Assembly: GCA_965216875.1 (NCBI GenBank)
Contig: OZ244207.1
Span: 352,001-416,000, forward strand
DNA length: 64,000 bases
Direction: 5' to 3'
DNA from: Rubripirellula sp.
GTDB lineage: Bacteria > Planctomycetota > Planctomycetia > Pirellulales > Pirellulaceae
The notes beneath the pieces were generated by a model. It was not told the DNA's origin. It did not search any database and saw only the letters and a list, made by a program, of their open reading frames with translations. This document shows positions 63,101-64,000 of the stretch, piece after piece (the stretch's first letter is position 1; each line of letters opens with the position of its first letter). A program made the translations under genes and the position numbers.

Positions 63101-63916
63101 GTCGACTTGAGTGTCAAGCACTACGCCGAGGTGACGGACTCGAACGGATTCGAAATGTCGCACACGCGGTGGTTGGCCGTTTGGGCCCACTGGCATCTCG
63201 GTAGTTGGAGCAAGATGTTCGACATGGCCGACTTGATGCTTGAGGATGCGATTCGGCGCAACGATCTATTTCAACAACTCATTCTTTGCGAAGGATACGG
63301 TTGTTCGGCATGGCTGGCTCGCGACCGCGTTGCCGAATGGGATCGGCTGGCGACGCATCGGAACGAAGTTGCGTTTGGACGTTCGACCCAGTTGTTTCAT
63401 ATCTTTTCGTGGATTGCATCGGTCCATCGAGCCATTTACGAGGGGCTGTTTGACACTGCGTGGCAACACTTCAAGCAGATGGAATCCGAAGTCCGTCAGT
63501 TGCCCTATTCGAAATTGCAATTGCTGAGAGTGGTGCAGCATTCCCTCGGCGCGTTGACGGCGTTGCATCTGTTTCGTCGCGAGCAGTCACCGCGTTGGGC
63601 TCGACGAGTCGAAAAACAGATTCGGCGGCTGCGCAATGAGCGTCTGAAGTACGCCAGCGTTGTGGCTGACTTGTATGACGGCCTGTATCGCATGTTTCGA
63701 GCCGAAACGCCTGAGCAAGTTGCCGTCGCTGAGGGCTTGCTGAAGTCCGCGAGCTGTGATGCCAATGAGTTAGGGTTGAAGCCGTTCCAGCTTGCTGCTG
63801 ACGACGCGCTGTCCCGCGTCGGGCTGGGCGAATCAATGGGAATGCTCAGGGAACGAATGAAGGCGCGGGGTGTCGTTCGCCCAATGTTGTTCGAACGTCT
63901 CTATACGGTCACCTAA
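60143..63916 (+). CDS. Ser/Thr protein kinase fused to a P-loop ATPase and helical/TPR region
   Basis: LGRGTSG, ALK, HRDIKPQN, DYG, GTPRYFSPE; GRSGIGKT, VVILDDAQW. Exact start uncertain (60143, 60146 or 60155). Confidence 0.92.
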   Translation: MMSPMVDERFKEPSSDTRVRVQGDKDTAHGEGSANDMKPPWNEGDVLGEFVLEKQLGRGTSGFVYRAMDQRVQRRCALKLLMPMILPEDLVRNKLGFRRMMSIEHPSLLKVHRIHQLDKTTAMSMEEVHGKTLNHAVKELKKLDAAEAYSRLVRLTRDYAAGLAVMHVNGYVHRDIKPQNLMVDSEGHGRIIDYGLVGTFDPETDPNGYRHYLAGTPRYFSPETLWYQHYLPAGDIFSLGVVMLEALHTIKWEHEEDVFKRSEKSSRDDAENLSEAIEGLDQSVPDELREMCLEMLQREPGERPTAMEVARVGLTTTLRFDFPQETSLVGRRQERTTALNWLDDIYDGGVGRLHITGRSGIGKTRLVDEIERYAHLKRWGQVFRVRCRSRENQPLQAFDQVCDEIANRYRRGDREPLELDTVSATILHNIFPVLKNVLQCSMKMVPPGTSTERLDALEAAARLSVQLRKVGPVVVILDDAQWADRDSLNALDRLQTAQDDRGLGIITVSRDAEDPQRLPASCRIDVTPLSESDSKTILKAAAERWDVGLSDKIMDRLIEVAEGVPFRLHELADEFRPGRALADLSELSTMDASVQNVGQIQWLWQHRRARLSEEAYQVLLYVVTAGCKVSTEQLGRLTTLGDAVDAAVSELAQQRLVIDDATGGECIQIVHDQVADSLVETLTGEEKRKAHQAWAALLVREDHPERLAARIAGHFIAAEQPWRAVSYAVLAAEEAERLVAMTEAARWHAMVVNHVKGKEKITRIRHAARCFHQADRPVEAAEYYRQLLEHVDENERVECRLLIASLSIRSGRFEDARQQVQQLARVIGLPRRKSSLVSKLSLGYKTLSVMVRELISRNESIEEKLNKPPRSEGEQAHLAQQQLRVCVTLARPMSMFENLHSAELNMMGLWLAQRDGTAAQRVHAIVGRSVFGCYDRGNNRVNSETALYDIRPFVKELGNPRASGDMWAGVAYSHALSHRWQQVPETVDLSVKHYAEVTDSNGFEMSHTRWLAVWAHWHLGSWSKMFDMADLMLEDAIRRNDLFQQLILCEGYGCSAWLARDRVAEWDRLATHRNEVAFGRSTQLFHIFSWIASVHRAIYEGLFDTAWQHFKQMESEVRQLPYSKLQLLRVVQHSLGALTALHLFRREQSPRWARRVEKQIRRLRNERLKYASVVADLYDGLYRMFRAETPEQVAVAEGLLKSASCDANELGLKPFQLAADDALSRVGLGESMGMLRERMKARGVVRPMLFERLYTVT

Positions 63917-64000
63917 TCGGTTGCGGGCTGGCGGCGGACTCGATGGTTCGCCCGTTCGGCAATCGCTCGTGCCCTGAGCGTCTTTGCGACCCGCGCTGGT

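Overview
A gene-dense, GC-rich bacterial window that looks planctomycetal (probably Pirellulaceae). The assignment is inferred from a DUF1559 prepilin-like protein, sulfatases, an ECF sigma/FecR pair, a TadE-TadE-vWA triplet, a Ser/Thr kinase-ATPase and a planctomycete-type EF-Tu effector loop. It holds about 45 CDSs and many REP-like palindrome clusters. No rRNA, tRNA, CRISPR array or transposase was seen. Two hidden systems stand out. (1) A divergent EF-Tu (38952-40145, -) with substitutions in the aminoacyl and antibiotic pockets sits behind an unannotated ribosome-coupled attenuator: a 27-codon Ser-rich leader ORF, an antiterminator and an intrinsic terminator (40318-40469). (2) An AhpD/CMD-like selenoprotein (1363-1923) is split in the ORF track by an in-frame UGA in a CxxU motif, followed by a bacterial SECIS-like hairpin. 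Also notable: a Gly/Phe/Asp low-complexity secreted protein, a Zn-peptidase plus Ddl-like ATP-grasp pair, an MnmE-like GTPase lacking its C-terminal motif, hydrolase fusion proteins and a sugar-porter gene relic. All family calls come from motifs recognised by eye; no searches were run.
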